Assembly (NCBI GenBank): GCA_964016885.1
Contig: OZ024754.1
Coordinates: 25,854,001-25,918,000, forward strand
Direction: 5' to 3'
DNA: 64,000 nucleotides
Source: Eledone cirrhosa
Taxonomy: Eukaryota
Part shown: positions 62,301 to 64,000 of the stretch, piece after piece
Layout of the letters: each line of letters opens with the position of its first letter
Position numbering within the stretch: position 1 is the first letter of the stretch
Made by a program: the position numbers and the translations under genes
Notes under the pieces: generated by a model
Told to the model about the DNA's origin: nothing
The model's input: only the letters and a program-made list of their open reading frames with translations
Database searches by the model: none

Positions 62301-64000
62301 GAGAGTTTCTTCTCAGACAACCTGTTGCTGTCCAGCTCTCCTGAGAGTTTATCCTCAGACAACCTTCTGCTGTCCACCTCTCCTTGAGAGTTTCTTCTCA
62401 GACAACCTTCTGCTGTCCAGCTCTCCTGAGAGTTTCTTCTCAGAGGACCTTCTGTTGTGCACCTCTCCCTGAGAGTTTCTTCTCACACAACCTGTGGCTG
62501 TCCAACTCTCCTCAGAGTTTCTTCTCTTAGGACCTTCTGCTGTCCAGCTCTCCCTGAGAGTTTCTTCTCAGACAACCTGTGACTGTCCAACTCTCCTCAG
62601 AGTTTCTTCTCTTAGGACCTTCTGCTGTCCAGCTCTCCCTGAGAGTTTCTTCTCAGACAACCTGTTGATATCCAGCTTTCCTGAGAGTTTATTCTCTGTC
62701 AACCTGCTGCTGTCCACCTCTCCCTGAGAGTTTCTTCTCAGACAACCCTCTGCTGTCCAGCGCTCCTGAGAGTTTCTTCTCAGACGACTTTCTGCTGTCC
62801 AGCTCTCCCTGAGAGTTTCTTCTCAGACGACCATCTGCTGTCCACCTCTCCTGAGAGTTTCTTCTCAGACAACCTTCTGCTGTCCACCTCTCCTGAGAGT
62901 TTCTTCTCAGACGACCTTCTGCTGTCCAGCTCTCCTGAGAGTTTCTTCTCAGACGACCTTCTGCTGTCCAGCTCTCCCTGAGAGTTTCTTCTCAGACAAC
63001 CTTCTGCTGTCCAGCTCTCCTGAGAGTTTCTTCTCAGACGACCTTCTGCTGTCCACCTCTCCCTGAGAGTTTCTTCTCAGACAACCTGTGGCTGTCGCAC
63101 TCTCCTCGGAATTTTTTCTCTGAGGACCTTCTGCTGTCCAGCTCTCCCTGAGAGTTTCTTCTCAGACAACCTGCTGCTGTCCACCTCTCCTGAGAGTTTC
63201 TTCTCAGACAACCTGTTGCTGTCCACCTCTCCCTGAGAGTTTCTTCTCAGACAACCTGCTGCTGTCCACCTCTCCTGAGAGTTTCTTCTCAGACAACCTG
63301 CTGCTGTCCACCTCTCCTGAGAGTTTCTTCTCAGACAACCTTCTGCTGTCCAGCTCTCCTGAGAGTTTCTTCTCAGAGAACCTTCTGTTGTCCACCTCTC
63401 CTGAGAGTTTTTTCTCAGACAACATGCTGCTGTCCACCTCTCCTGAGAGTTTCTTCTCAGACAACCTTCTGCTGTCCAGCTCTCCTGAAAGTTTCTTCAC
63501 AGATAACCTTCTGCTGTCCACCTCTCCTGAGAGTTCCTTCTCAGACGACCATCTGCTGTCCACCTCTCCTGAGAGTTTCTTCTCAGACAACCTTCTGCTG
63601 TCCAGCTCTCCCTGAGAGTTTCTTCTCAGACGACCTTCTGCTCTCCAGCACTCCCTGAGAGTTTCTCTCAGACGACCTGCTGCTGTCTAGCTCTCCCTGA
63701 GAGTTTCTTCTCAGACAACCTTCTGCTGTCCTGCTCTCCTGAGAGTTTCTTCTCAGACGACCTTCTGCTGTCCACCTCTCCCTGAGAGTTTCTTCTCAGA
63801 CAAACTGTGGCTGTCCACCTCTCCTGAGAGTTTCTTCTCAGACAACCTTCTGCTGTCCAGCTCTCCTGAGAGTTTCTTCTCAGAGAAGCTGCTGTTGTCC
63901 ACCTCTCCTGAGAGTTTCTTCTCAGACAACCTGCTGCTGTCCACCTCTCCTGTGAGTTTCTTCTACTGTCCACCTCTCCTGAGAGTGTTCTTCTCAGATA
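59400..64000 (+). repeat. Duplication at offset about 3.3-3.5 kb, with a nested 679-bp (16-monomer) tandem duplication at ~61280-62660
   Basis: A shared 29-bp deleted monomer is at 60577 and 63950 (offset 3373), with ORFs 60380/63753. ORFs 61560/62239 and markers ctcttaggacc at ~61847/62526 and ~61932/62611 are offset by 679. Confidence 0.85.

Larger units (their letters stand above)
1..64000. repeat. Tandem satellite DNA array of 42/43-bp monomers (about 1,500 copies, head-to-tail, extending beyond both window ends); family not identified
   Basis: The motif CTGAGAGTTTCTTCTCAGAC(A/G)ACCT(T/G)CTGCTGTCCA(C/G)CTCTC(C) recurs every 42-43 bp from base 1 to 64000 with no interruption or inversion seen. 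The ORF track shows the same 14-aa repeats throughout. Confidence 0.99.

Noticed and set aside
57221-63670. Singleton 1-bp indels (~15882, ~56296, ~57222, ~57805, ~63665)
   Set aside because: Each is seen once and cannot be distinguished from consensus errors without reads.
195-63973. About 190 ORFs encoding 14-aa repeats (SEKKLSGEVDSRRL, SPESFFSDNLLLST, LLRVSSQTTFCCPP), up to 337 aa
   Set aside because: A 42-bp unit lacking stops in several frames yields ORFs automatically. They overlap on both strands, mostly start at GTG/TTG, shift frame at every 43/41-mer, and have no unique N- or C-terminal domain.
1-64000. CRISPR-like array (palindromic constant part CTGAGAGTTTCTTCTCAG plus more variable part)
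   Set aside because: The intervening ~24 bp are near-identical variants of one sequence rather than unique spacers, and there is no leader or cas gene.
1-64000. Single fixed higher-order repeat, CENP-B box, telomeric repeats, inversions or transposon insertions
   Set aside because: Offsets vary from 126 bp to 6 kb with no constant period. I saw no TTCG....A..CGGG box, TTAGGG tract, strand switch or foreign sequence on reading through.

Overview
The whole 64 kb window is one uninterrupted, single-orientation tandem satellite array. It has about 1,500 monomers of mostly 42 or 43 bp, consensus CTGAGAGTTTCTTCTCAGAC(A/G)ACCT(T/G)CTGCTGTCCA(C/G)CTCTC(C), about 50% GC, with a + strand that is about 69% C+T. 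I see no genes, transposons or unique sequence. All listed ORFs are by-products of a 42-bp (14-codon) period. The organism and satellite family cannot be named from the sequence, though it looks like eukaryotic (peri)centromeric or heterochromatic satellite. Structure worth attention: (1) each monomer is tiled by three overlapping dyads, and several recurrent variants perfect them, most clearly a triple-substitution monomer with a 9-10 bp perfect inverted repeat in a shifted register; (2) two monomer classes (42-bp CpG-poor, 43-bp CpG-bearing) alternate in short domains; (3) there is no fixed higher-order repeat, only a mosaic of recent kb-scale tandem duplications built from older conserved multi-monomer cassettes. 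I found no evidence of a new protein-coding system. All comparisons were made by eye and from ORF-track offsets, so boundaries are approximate.
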